This document shows, one piece after another, positions 1-13,692 of a stretch of 64,000 nt of DNA; position 1 is the stretch's first letter; every line of letters begins with the position of its first letter. The notes beneath the pieces are model-generated. The model saw only the letters and a program-made list of their open reading frames with translations, had not been told where the DNA came from and did no database searches. The DNA comes from Eledone cirrhosa (taxonomy: Eukaryota), in NCBI GenBank assembly GCA_964016885.1, contig OZ024740.1:330026001-330090000 (forward strand), given 5' to 3'. The position numbers and the translations under genes are program-made.

Positions 1-543
1 ATGTGTTCACTCAGTGGTATTTTCCTGTATTCCCGTATTTTAATTTAGGATCTATGGACAGTCATGCGTTGCGAAGGCTGTTGTTGGTCTGGCCTATGTA
101 TTGTTCTCGACAACCTGAGCAAGTTAATACATATATTAGATTTTCTGATGCGCATGTGAAATTGTGTTTTACTATAAAACGTTGTCCTTCTTTGAAATAG
201 AATTCAGAACCCTCTATTAGGTTGATGCAAATGCCACAGTTCGGTCTATGGCAGTTGTTTACTGTGGGTTTCGTTGTTGTGGTTGGCAGTACTTTGGCAT
301 GTGTTAGGATGTTTTTCATTGACTTAGATTGTCTTTTGCTCTTTATGATATCGTGTGTTCGTAGGATTTGGTTCATTCTATGGTCCTTTGTCAACACAGG
401 GATGTTCTGGAGGCTGGTGTCAAAGGTCTCATTGTTGGGGGGGGTTGTGTGTGGAGATGTATGGAAGAGCTTTTAGTTTCGGTTGCCTTACTTTAGGGTG
501 TCTAAGGTCCTGGGTACTGAGTTTTAGGGCACGTTGGATTCCA
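1..543 (-). pseudogene. Penelope-like element remnant: linker and GIY-YIG endonuclease, frameshifted
   Basis: Minus-strand ORFs give [19 protein letters not shown] and FTCASENLIYVLTCSGCREQYIGQTNNSLR. A shifted frame continues RMTVHRS*IKIREYRKIPLSEH. This Cys linker plus IY..YIG pattern is typical of Penelope GIY-YIG domains. Confidence 0.85.
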
Positions 544-677
544 TATATATATATATGTGTGTGTGTGTGTATGTGTGTGTATGTGTGTGTATGTGTGTGT
601 GTGTGTGTGTGCGCTCGCGCGCGTGTGTGTATGTCTATATTTATATATATATATATATATACACATTCACACACATG

Positions 678-751
<74 letters not shown>
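544..751. repeat. (TA)n/(TG)n compound microsatellite
   Basis: Visible dinucleotide runs. Confidence 0.95.
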
Positions 752-753
<2 letters not shown>

Positions 754-1100
754 CGTGGGGACATACAAATAGTCGGGCTGGATACCTGATCGTGCGGTTA
801 AACCACTGGGATTGAAGGACCCCTTGACTTTGTCAGGGCATTCTTCTAGGAGAAGGCAACTCAGGAAACTACGATAACTGCGACACAAACCTGCGGCTCA
901 GTAGTTACCCATGATGTTGATATTTTCTTCTTTCCGCGTTATAGCCATTGTCGCTTAGAGAGTGGGATTGGCTCAGTGCACAGTCTTTCTTCACTTTAAA
1001 AATGTCTTTGCGCACAGTCATTGCCCGATGGTATCAATATATATTAATAATGGTATATCGTGCAATGGTCATACTCGATAACGAGGTAGCAGCCATCAAC
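752..1100 (+). mobile_element. Short bipartite non-autonomous RTE derivative (5' UTR fused to 3' terminus)
   Basis: 752-1057 aligns with the reverse complement of 54320-54630 (RTE 5' UTR). 1058-1098 (tcgtgcaatggtcatactcgataacgaggtagcagccatc) matches the reverse complement of 50710-50750 (RTE 3' end). Confidence 0.7.
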
Positions 1101-1157
<57 letters not shown>

Positions 1158-1164
<7 letters not shown>

Positions 1165-1520
1165 GTGAGGTTTTTTTTACAAAATGAAAAATAACCGAGG
1201 TGTCCTACACGAGTGGAAGTATAAAGAAAAAGGGATGAAATCGAAAATGCAACTGAAGTCTTATTTTTTTTTAAAATATATATATTTATTTGGTTCCTTT
1301 ACCGGTTTCGCAGTTCTTCTGCTTTTCAAAAGGTGAGTTGATATGGAGGGTCTGTGGTTTTTCTCACATCTGTGAGAAAAACCACAGACCCTCCATCTCA
1401 ACTCACCTTTTGAAAAGCAGAAGAACTGCGAAACCGGTAATGGAACCAAATAAATATATATATTTTAAAATTTAAAAAAAAAATAAGACTTCAGTTGCAT
1501 TTTCGATTTCATCCCTTTTT

Positions 1521-1527
<7 letters not shown>
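1158..1527. repeat. Foldback element in (TA)n; arms 1220-1368 and 1371-1527
   Basis: Arms are reverse complements around ctcaca-tc-tgtgag. Same family as 15405-16019. Confidence 0.9.
1406..1443 (+). ncRNA. Minimal type I hammerhead-like motif, U3-A8 core (mirror copy at about 1295-1333, minus strand)
   Basis: cctt-TTGAAAA-gcag-aagaa-ctgc-GAAA-ccgg-TA-a(a/t)gg; helix III is the palindrome ACCGGT. Confidence 0.6.
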
Positions 1528-1571
<44 letters not shown>

Positions 1572-1640
1572 TCGAGCCCTCTTTGGATTTTAGTCTTCAA
1601 ATTTATTATTATTACTATATATATATATATATATATATAT

Positions 1641-1790
1641 CAGTCGCCTCTGTGTCACTTTTGAGCTGACTTTTGGGAGGCTCCCATACAGCTCTGAGTG
1701 TTTCATCCTCAGTGTATACTGATTAATGTTCAGGCCATCCTCAGCATTCTCCTGTAGCACCCATCTACGATCTGAGAGGCCTACAAGTAC
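1641..1790 (-). mobile_element. RTE-related LINE C-terminal fragment (same family as 26828-27310)
   Basis: Encodes ...LNINQYTLRMKHSELYGSLPKVSSKVTQRRL. Confidence 0.7.
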
Positions 1791-1885
1791 AAATATTTGT
1801 ATAATTATTTGTGTATGTGTGTGTATATATATATATATATATACACACATACACAAATAATTATACACATATTTGTACTTGTAGG

Positions 1886-1888
<3 letters not shown>
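1777..1888. repeat. Short inverted repeat with a (TA)n centre
   Basis: aggcctacaagtacaaatat...atatttgtacttgtaggcct. Confidence 0.85.
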
Positions 1889-1949
<61 letters not shown>

Positions 1950-2474
1950 TTACCAGGAAAAGTAATAGCAAGGAAGTATAGCTATTTAGAATATTAGCTA
2001 TTTCTCTCGCTTGTGTATTCACCTGCCTTTACATATTCTCATGGTATAATGATATGTTGCTGCTAATAATCATATAAAAAATACCAACGCAAATTTAATC
2101 TTTAATAATATGGATGAATGTAAATACAATTTCATGCGTGTGTACCCTCTTCTGTATGATAATATTTCTGCATATAGAAAGATCTATATAAAAGTTGGAG
2201 AAAAAGGTTATTAAACTTAACAGTTAGTTTCAGATATTTTCAATATACGATTAAAGCTGTGATATTGAATCCTATAAAAATTTCTGCTAGTGAGGAAAAG
2301 ATATTTGTTGATCCTGTCATGGCATTAGTCTCTTAGAAGATGGTTTAATGGTTAAAATATATGTACATGTATACATATATATATAACAATTTTTATCGCA
2401 ATACACTTATATATTTGCTCCATGCCGTATATTTCAAATCATATTATATATTAGTTATTTTTATGAATTGTATT

Positions 2475-2785
<311 letters not shown>

Positions 2786-5280
2786 ATTGGAATAAATGCT
2801 CTGAAATAGCGATATATATATGAATATAGACATAGAATATTCGAAAATATTCTGTATGTTTATAATAAACATTTTGAAGACCTAATCGCTATAGAATAGA
2901 ATACGTCACGTATTACAATTAGATTCTCGATAAAAGCAAGGGAAGTAATCTACGCGTTTCATTCTTGTTAGAATTCATCAGGACTACATATCCAGTGCTT
3001 TTATCGAGAATGACACAGCTAGAGACTTATAGAATACTTAGCTGTGTACAGGAACTGGTTTGAAAGAGCGGTTGCCGGTCCGGCAGAAATTAGAAATTGG
3101 AATAAATGCTCTGAAATAGCGATATATATATGAATATAGACATAGAATATTCGAAAATATTCTGTATGTTTATAATAAACATTTTGAAGACCTAATCGCT
3201 ATAGAATAGAATACGTCACGTATTACAATTAGATTCTCGATAAAAGCAAGGGAAGTAATCTACGCGTTTCATTCTTGTTAGAATTCATCAGGACTACATA
3301 TCCAGTGCTTTTATCGAGAATGACACAGCTAGAGACTTATAGAATACTTAGCTGTGTACAGGAACTGGTTTGAAAGAGCGGTTGCCGGTCCGGCAGAAAT
3401 TAGAAATTGGAATAAATGCTCTGAAATAGCGATATATATATGAATATAGACATAGAATATTCGAAAATATTCTGTATGTTTATAATAAACATTTTGAAGA
3501 CCTAATCGCTATAGAATAGAATACGTCACGTATTACAATTAGATTCTCGATAAAAGCAAGGGAAGTAATCTACGCGTTTCATTCTTGTTAGAATTCATCA
3601 GGACTACATATCCAGTGCTTTTATCGAGAATGACACAGCTAGAGACTTATAGAATACTTAGCTGTGTACAGGAACTGGTTTGAAAGAGCGGTTGCCGGTC
3701 CGGCAGAAATTAGAAATTGGAATAAATGCTCTGAAATAGCGATATATATATGAATATAGACATAGAATATTCGAAAATATTCTGTATGTTTATAATAAAC
3801 ATTTTGAAGACCTAATCGCTATAGAATAGAATACGTCACGTATTACAATTAGATTCTCGATAAAAGCAAGGGAAGTAATCTACGCGTTTCATTCTTGTTA
3901 GAATTCATCAGGACTACATATCCAGTGCTTTTATCGAGAATGACACAGCTAGAGACTTATAGAATACTTAGCTGTGTACAGGAACTGGTTTGAAAGAGCG
4001 GTTGCCGGTCCGGCAGAAATTAGAAATTGGAATAAATGCTCTGAAATAGCGATATATATATGAATATAGACATAGAATATTCGAAAATATTCTGTATGTT
4101 TATAATAAACATTTTGAAGACCTAATCGCTATAGAATAGAATACGTCACGTATTACAATTAGATTCTCGATAAAAGCAAGGGAAGTAATCTACGCGTTTC
4201 ATTCTTGTTAGAATTCATCAGGACTACATATCCAGTGCTTTTATCGAGAATGACACAGCTAGAGACTTATAGAATACTTAGCTGTGTACAGGAACTGGTT
4301 TGAAAGAGCGGTTGCCGGTCCGGCAGAAATTAGAAATTGGAATAAATGCTCTGAAATAGCGATATATATATGAATATAGACATAGAATATTCGAAAATAT
4401 TCTGTATGTTTATAATAAACATTTTGAAGACCTAATCGCTATAGAATAGAATACGTCACGTATTACAATTAGATTCTCGATAAAAGCAAGGGAAGTAATC
4501 TACGCGTTTCATTCTTGTTAGAATTCATCAGGACTACATATCCAGTGCTTTTATCGAGAATGACACAGCTAGAGACTTATAGAATACTTAGCTGTGTACA
4601 GGAACTGGTTTGAAAGAGCGGTTGCCGGTCCGGCAGAAATTAGAAATTGGAATAAATGCTCTGAAATAGCGATATATATATGAATATAGACATAGAATAT
4701 TCGAAAATATTCTGTATGTTTATAATAAACATTTTGAAGACCTAATCGCTATAGAATAGAATACGTCACGTATTACAATTAGATTCTCGATAAAAGCAAG
4801 GGAAGTAATCTACGCGTTTCATTCTTGTTAGAATTCATCAGGACTACATATCCAGTGCTTTTATCGAGAATGACACAGCTAGAGACTTATAGAATACTTA
4901 GCTGTGTACAGGAACTGGTTTGAAAGAGCGGTTGCCGGTCCGGCAGAAATTAGAAATTGGAATAAATGCTCTGAAATAGCGATATATATATGAATATAGA
5001 CATAGAATATTCGAAAATATTCTGTATGTTTATAATAAACATTTTGAAGACCTAATCGCTATAGAATAGAATACGTCACGTATTACAATTAGATTCTCGA
5101 TAAAAGCAAGGGAAGTAATCTACGCGTTTCATTCTTGTTAGAATTCATCAGGACTACATATCCAGTGCTTTTATCGAGAATGACACAGCTAGAGACTTAT
5201 AGAATACTTAGCTGTGTACAGGAACTGGTTTGAAAGAGCGGTTGCCGGTCCGGCAGAAATTAGAAATTGGAATAAATGCT
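2786..5280 (-). repeat. Left arm of 310-bp hammerhead tandem array (8 units; ribozyme on minus strand)
   Basis: aataaatgct recurs at 2791, 3101, 3411, 3721, 4031, 4341, 4651, 4961 and 5271. Confidence 0.97.
2945..2987 (-). ncRNA. Type I hammerhead ribozyme (first of 8 minus-strand copies, every 310 bp to 5115-5157)
   Basis: Reverse complement of GUAGUC-CUGAUGA-AUUCU-AACA-AGAAU-GAAA-CGCG-UA-GAUUAC. Confidence 0.9.
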
Positions 5281-8237
5281 GATGAATTCTAACAAGAATG
5301 AAACGCGTAGATTACTTCCCTTGCTTTTATCGAGAATCTAATTGTAATACGTGACGTATTCTATTCTATAGCGATTAGGTCTTCAAAATGTTTATTATAA
5401 ACATACAGAATATTTTCGAATATTCTATGTCTATATTCATATATATATCGCTATTTCAGAGCATTTATTCCAATTTCTAATTTCTGCCGGACCGGCAACC
5501 GCTCTTTCAAACCAGTTCCTGTACACAGCTAAGTATTCTATAAGTCTCTAGCTGTGTCATTCTCGATAAAAGCACTGGATATGTAGTCCTGATGAATTCT
5601 AACAAGAATGAAACGCGTAGATTACTTCCCTTGCTTTTATCGAGAATCTAATTGTAATACGTGACGTATTCTATTCTATAGCGATTAGGTCTTCAAAATG
5701 TTTATTATAAACATACAGAATATTTTCGAATATTCTATGTCTATATTCATATATATATCGCTATTTCAGAGCATTTATTCCAATTTCTTATTTCTGCCGG
5801 ACCGGCAACCGCTCTTTCAAACCAGTTCCTGTACACAGCTAAGTATTCTATAAGTCTCTAGCTGTGTCATTCTCGATAAAAGCACTGGATATGTAGTCCT
5901 GATGAATTCTAACAAGAATGAAACGCGTAGATTACTTCCCTTGCTTTTATCGAGAATCTAATTGTAATACGTGACGTATTCTATTCTATAGCGATTAGGT
6001 CTTCAAAATGTTTATTATAAACATACAGAATATTTTCGAATATTCTATGTCTATATTCATATATATATCGCTATTTCAGAGCATTTATTCCAATTTCTAA
6101 TTTCTGCCGGACCGGCAACCGCTCTTTCAAACCAGTTCCTGTACACAGCTAAGTATTCTATAAGTCTCTAGCTGTGTCATTCTCGATAAAAGCACTGGAT
6201 ATGTAGTCCTGATGAATTCTAACAAGAATGAAACGCGTAGATTACTTCCCTTGCTTTTATCGAGAATCTAATTGTAATACGTGACGTATTCTATTCTATA
6301 GCGATTAGGTCTTCAAAATGTTTATTATAAACATACAGAATATTTTCGAATATTCTATGTCTATATTCATATATATATCGCTATTTCAGAGCATTTATTC
6401 CAATTTCTAATTTCTGCCGGACCGGCAACCGCTCTTTCAAACCAGTTCCTGTACACAGCTAAGTATTCTATAAGTCTCTAGCTGTGTCATTCTCGATAAA
6501 AGCACTGGATATGTAGTCCTGATGAATTCTAACAAGAATGAAACGCGTAGATTACTTCCCTTGCTTTTATCGAGAATCTAATTGTAATACGTGACGTATT
6601 CTATTCTATAGCGATTAGGTCTTCAAAATGTTTATTATAAACATACAGAATATTTTCGAATATTCTATGTCTATATTCATATATATATCGCTATTTCAGA
6701 GCATTTATTCCAATTTCTAATTTCTGCCGGACCGGCAACCGCTCTTTCAAACCAGTTCCTGTACACAGCTAAGTATTCTATAAGTCTCTAGCTGTGTCAT
6801 TCTCGATAAAAGCACTGGATATGTAGTCCTGATGAATTCTAACAAGAATGAAACGCGTAGATTACTTCCCTTGCTTTTATCGAGAATCTAATTGTAATAC
6901 GTGACGTATTCTATTCTATAGCGATTAGGTCTTCAAAATGTTTATTATAAACATACAGAATATTTTCGAATATTCTATGTCTATATTCATATATATATCG
7001 CTATTTCAGAGCATTTATTCCAATTTCTAATTTCTGCCGGACCGGCAACCGCTCTTTCAAACCAGTTCCTGTACACAGCTAAGTATTCTATAAGTCTCTA
7101 GCTGTGTCATTCTCGATAAAAGCACTGGATATGTAGTCCTGATGAATTCTAACAAGAATGAAACGCGTAGATTACTTCCCTTGCTTTTATCGAGAATCTA
7201 ATTGTAATACGTGACGTATTCTATTCTATAGCGATTAGGTCTTCAAAATGTTTATTATAAACATACAGAATATTTTCGAATATTCTATGTCTATATTCAT
7301 ATATATATCGCTATTTCAGAGCATTTATTCCAATTTCTAATTTCTGCCGGACCGGCAACCGCTCTTTCAAACCAGTTCCTGTACACAGCTAAGTATTCTA
7401 TAAGTCTCTAGCTGTGTCATTCTCGATAAAAGCACTGGATATGTAGTCCTGATGAATTCTAACAAGAATGAAACGCGTAGATTACTTCCCTTGCTTTTAT
7501 CGAGAATCTAATTGTAATACGTGACGTATTCTATTCTATAGCGATTAGGTCTTCAAAATGTTTATTATAAACATACAGAATATTTTCGAATATTCTATGT
7601 CTATATTCATATATATATCGCTATTTCAGAGCATTTATTCCAATTTCTAATTTCTGCCGGACCGGCAACCGCTCTTTCAAACCAGTTCCTGTACACAGCT
7701 AAGTATTCTATAAGTCTCTAGCTGTGTCATTCTCGATAAAAGCACTGGATATGTAGTCCTGATGAATTCTAACAAGAATGAAACGCGTAGATTACTTCCC
7801 TTGCTTTTATCGAGAATCTAATTGTAATACGTGACGTATTCTATTCTATAGCGATTAGGTCTTCAAAATGTTTATTATAAACATACAGAATATTTTCGAA
7901 TATTCTATGTCTATATTCATATATATATCGCTATTTCAGAGCATTTATTCCAATTTCTAATTTCTGCCGGACCGGCAACCGCTCTTTCAAACCAGTTCCT
8001 GTACACAGCTAAGTATTCTATAAGTCTCTAGCTGTGTCATTCTCGATAAAAGCACTGGATATGTAGTCCTGATGAATTCTAACAAGAATGAAACGCGTAG
8101 ATTACTTCCCTTGCTTTTATCGAGAATCTAATTGTAATACGTGACGTATTCTATTCTATAGCGATTAGGTCTTCAAAATGTTTATTATAAACATACAGAA
8201 TATTTTCGAATATTCTACGTCTATATTCATATATATA
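5279..8237 (+). repeat. Right, inverted arm of 310-bp hammerhead tandem array (about 9.5 units)
   Basis: gatgaattct recurs at 5281, 5591, 5901, 6211, 6521, 6831, 7141, 7451, 7761 and 8071. The unit is the reverse complement of the left-arm unit. Confidence 0.97.
5583..5625 (+). ncRNA. Type I hammerhead ribozyme (first of 9 complete plus-strand copies, every 310 bp to 8063-8105)
   Basis: Helix I GUAGUC/GAUUAC, core CUGAUGA, helix II AUUCU/AGAAU, GAAA, palindromic helix III ACGCGU. Predicted GUA cleavage after 5619. Helix I is extended by a 16-bp stem (attctcgataaaagca/tgcttttatcgagaat) beyond an internal loop. Confidence 0.9.
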
Positions 8238-8260
8238 TATATATATATATAAATATATAA

Positions 8261-9044
<784 letters not shown>

Positions 9045-9176
9045 CTAAAAGTTCTATTTAAATTGTTGGGATACAGCAAGCAAACATTTTTACAACTGAT
9101 ATAAAGCACTCAACAAATGTTTGCAGTAAAAATACGATATTAACAAATGGAAACTATATTTATGAAACCATATTTC

Positions 9177-9237
9177 TTTCATTATACATATTTCAAGGAC
9201 ACCAAGTTAAATTATGGTGTGATTTCATCAGATGAAA
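9177..9237 (-). ncRNA. Hammerhead-like motif (family shared with 26437-26498)
   Basis: tttcat-CTGATGA-aatcacacca...tggtgtcctt-GAAA-tatgta-TA-atgaaa. Confidence 0.6.
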
Positions 9238-9321
9238 TATAATATAGAGCAGTTTTATAAATAAATATTGACATACCCTTAAATAATGCAACCATTACTG
9301 TTGGAAGCTCCGTTAATATCG

Positions 9322-9408
<87 letters not shown>

Positions 9409-9739
9409 CTGTGTGTGTTTATCTGCATCAATATACAATCCATAAAAATAACTAATATATAATATGATTTGAAATATACGACATAGAGCAAATATATAAG
9501 TGTATTGCGATAAAAATTGTTTTGGTTTTATTTTAATGTCAGAAAACGTAAAGAGTCGGTTACTAGACGGGAAGAATGAGGTTGGATTTAAAAACCAGTA
9601 ACAGCTTTAATTGAAGTTTTCCTAGAAGCTGTTATGTGCTGAAATAACAGATTAAAGATGGTAAGGTACGTATTCCTGTTTCTCACACAAACGAGAAAGA
9701 AAACCACAATAATATATAATGTGCTTGCCGTGGATATTA

Positions 9740-10130
9740 ATAATTGTTTCTACTTTTTGGCACAAGGTCAGCAATTGCTGGTGTATTACTGTTGCTTTAT
9801 TTTATCGACCCCGTAATGATGAAAGGCAAAGTTAACCTCGACGAGATTTGAACTCAGACCATAAAGGGCCGTAACTCTTTCCTGCAAAGCATGGCATTCA
9901 ACACTCTACAGATACCGCCAATCCACCGCTGTGGATATTAATAATAGTTTCTTATATAGGCACAATGCCAACAATTTTGGGAGAGGGGAAAGTCGATTAA
10001 ATCGAACCCAGTGCGTGACTGTTACTTTATTTGATCAAAAACCCGTAATTATGAGATGCAATGTTAACCACGGCGGGATTTGAAATCAGACCATAAAGGG
10101 CCGTAACTCTTTGCTGCAAATACTGCCAAT
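9740..10130 (-). mobile_element. Two adjacent tRNA-derived SINE copies
   Basis: Reverse complements of the family at 32538 (tctgagttcaaatc..cgaggttaactttgcctttcat..ggggtcgataaaataaag). Confidence 0.8.
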
Positions 10131-10702
10131 ACACTTGTCAGCCTTATCAGTGGTTTTAAGACGTAAACAGGATTCAGATTACAGCTTCCGGGAATATAAT
10201 TAAAATATATAAATTCAGAATGTGATTTTAGGACTGTTTCTAATCAGAAAGCTGAATCCCACACCACACTAACACAAACATCACGTGAATATTTATACTT
10301 TCAGCAACATCAACATCACGGAGCATGAATCCTGCCTGACAGAATTGCGCCACCAGCGTACCAAAGAATATGTATTGCGTATCACTAAATTGCTTCATGT
10401 TAATGGCGCACCAGGTTACAATCTTCTGCGTTGGATTACTCAATTGTCATCGCCGTGTGATCTGAACGTACGAACGAAGGCCTTTAACAACTTGAAATAA
10501 ACTTCACGTGTTGAAATTGTTGTGTTTAAGTCTTGCAAGTGTTGAAATCGAAGGAATGATTAAAACTTTTAGAAAAAAAAAGACTGCATACAATCACACA
10601 CACTTTCATACACTCAAACATATATATATATATATATATGATTATTTAATTTATTAACTTTTCATTGAGCCACAATGTGACCCGTTGCAAAACACGTATA
10701 TG

Positions 10703-10867
<165 letters not shown>

Positions 10868-13648
10868 GTATATATATATGCATATATGTATACATACACA
10901 CACGCACACATATGTATATATACGTGACTGTGTCTGCCTGTGTGTCACTGCCTGTTATGTAACAGTCACAAATAACAGAGACCATATAAATGAAGTTCGC
11001 TAAAATAAATATTAGCAGCTGAATACTAGTAAGTGGATTTGATATTTACAATTATATGTAATACCTGGAATCTAACTGGCACAAGAAATACCGTTTAATG
11101 ACAAATAATTGTATGATTAAATCTATTTTCTTAGCTATGCTAATATACATTTAAATGAAATCTTATATTTTTTACTTTACTCTTCGCTGAGAGAAAAATA
11201 AGGCTTTGATTTGTTCTTTCACGTACGAATGCATCTTATCGAGTATATTTTATACTTTAGCTAACATAATTACTCAATCAGCGAGGCTCTTGGCACCTCA
11301 AGTGTACAGCACTCATCGTTCCATCTGCAACCTATGATTGTAAGACGTGTAATGAGACCAGAAGAATCTGTAGAACTACCGATATTTGCTAAAGATATTG
11401 CCTTAGCATCATAATAATATCGTGACTTGCACATATTACTAACGAAGGACACGCAGAAAGTGCCAGGTTGAAAAATCTACGGTATACAAAGATACCAATA
11501 TCATCCTACAATTGACGAAAACTTGTGTGCACTGATGGCAAACCAAAATTGTCAGGACCAGTCAGCACTTGTTGAGGTCTGTGAATTGTTTGCTATTGTG
11601 TTGCCTGGAGACTTCCAGCCGAAAAATATGTTTTATGTGGAAGATAATCGTTACTGTGCTTAGAAGGCATTTATAAATGCAAATGAATTCTCTGCTTATT
11701 CGGCACTCGTACGTATGTGCAAATGTACAGAGTACCTCTGAACTCATACAATGTACTAGAATAAAATTATTGTATACTGAGTAATCCAACTAGTGCTCCT
11801 TGGATTGTAATATCACACGGGTATGGCATGACAGCATTCTTGTAAGAGACAGGTTGAATAAAAGCGCAATAACGACAACTATCTTGAAGTTGATTTTCAT
11901 AATAACAAGTATAACGTCTAAGCTCCTGTAACAAACTCTAAATTAGTCGGGCCACATTTCGGGTATGACTCTTGTGTACTCTTCGGCTGATATTTCTTCA
12001 CCACTTGGATATCAAAAATTTATTGCGCATTTCAATTTTATGGAGATTTTGTTGACGAAATCTCCTTTCCATTGTCAAAATTTCAAATGCATATTTAAAT
12101 GCTTTCGTGGGTTTGGAAAAATAACGCTGGTAATTTTGTCAGCGGTGAGACCTCAATGCCACCACCGCTGACAACATTACAACTATGATTCACCAAGAGC
12201 CATGGTTATATACTATATATTAATATAATACAATGTTACGGAAAAGCCAGAGACACCAGCATTAATAGGATCCCTTATCCGATCTCTTATCTGAAGGAAA
12301 CTTGGAGACTAGATCTGTGAATATAGGTTTTTCCACATTATCGTCGATATGTTATTTCTTAAATCATCTATAGTAAATAAGCCGACCAGAATCCTGTCCG
12401 TATTATCTGGTTTATCGAAAACTCTCATGCCGTAATTTATTTCAGGACTGCCAGTTTATTATATTCTTTCGAATTAATTCTATCGCTGCTTCTATTCATA
12501 AAGATATGGTTTAGACTCTCTGAAAGAGTTGGTCATCAGCTGGGCATTAATAATTTCTTTACAATGACTAGTTAAAGATGTTATGTATTTAGATAGAAAT
12601 GGGATCTTCATAGCGTCTGCTGAGTTTGAACAATCTAGAACTGTGTATAAATGGATTAGTACTCTGATCGAAACGTCGATCTATCTATATTAAGTGGTTA
12701 CTGTCTCACAGCCGTCCGGGAAATTGCACTTGCACGAAGTCAATTATTGGTTCAATGATTACGTAGAAGCGTATTACATCACGTGTCAATTTGGAATGAG
12801 AATATTTAGTCGTTACACATGATGAAACTAAAAAAATTCAAGATACAATAATTAAACTCTCGGAGATGTTGGGTAGCACAGTCTCTACAAATGAAGGGAA
12901 ATATTTACTGTAAACATTGCGTGTAAAAAGATGTGATTTTGGTGGCTTTTGATCACAGGGTTGTCCTGGAATGATCAGTTGCAATACAAACAACCAAAAT
13001 CACAAGTAATTTCATTTCAATTTTCCCCAGCTTAGTTCACGAATTTACGAAATAATTGGTTGACATGCTTAATCGGAGTGCAAGATATGATGAAAAGACA
13101 TATTAGCAAATTCATACAATCAATACCAGGTCACAGATGACGATACACTTTCTCAAATTTTAACAGTTTACATGCCGGACAAAATAGTATCCTTAACACA
13201 ATAAAACCATGTGCGATAAGCACCTATTGTAATAGATCCAGCACTCAACATATTACATTCAGGATTAATATCCCATAAAATGATACCACACATATATTTA
13301 CACAGTGGAGACACTGCAATGCAGTGAAACACATACCTACTTATTAAAGAGCAGCAAACTCAATAACGATACATAAATATTCACAAAATACATGATACTG
13401 GCGCACATAACGTCAATTACACATCCACCAACTGAAAATATCTCAATATCACTGGGAACATTAGTCTAAACACAATATCAATACAAAACCGATGCAGTAC
13501 ATTAACATAATTCTACACTCTCCGAAGAAAAATGAAAACCTACAATGCAGTTCACGGAAGTGCAATTATTCATGCAATAGAAACTCCATGAAACTATCTG
13601 GAAAAGTGTAATAATAACAATGATAATAATAAAAAAAACAATAAACAC

Positions 13649-13692
<44 letters not shown>
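13649..13692. repeat. (TAG)n microsatellite
   Basis: Visible run. Confidence 0.95.

Noticed and set aside
1261-1475. Near-identical ORFs on both strands
   Set aside because: A by-product of the palindrome; no protein motif.
2786-8237. CRISPR array or rDNA/5S array
   Set aside because: The units are identical with no unique spacers, no cas genes and no rRNA or Pol III signatures.
10240-10500. Possible L2/CR1 RT remnant (IVTWCAINMKQF)
   Set aside because: One weak motif; cannot be supported without a profile search.
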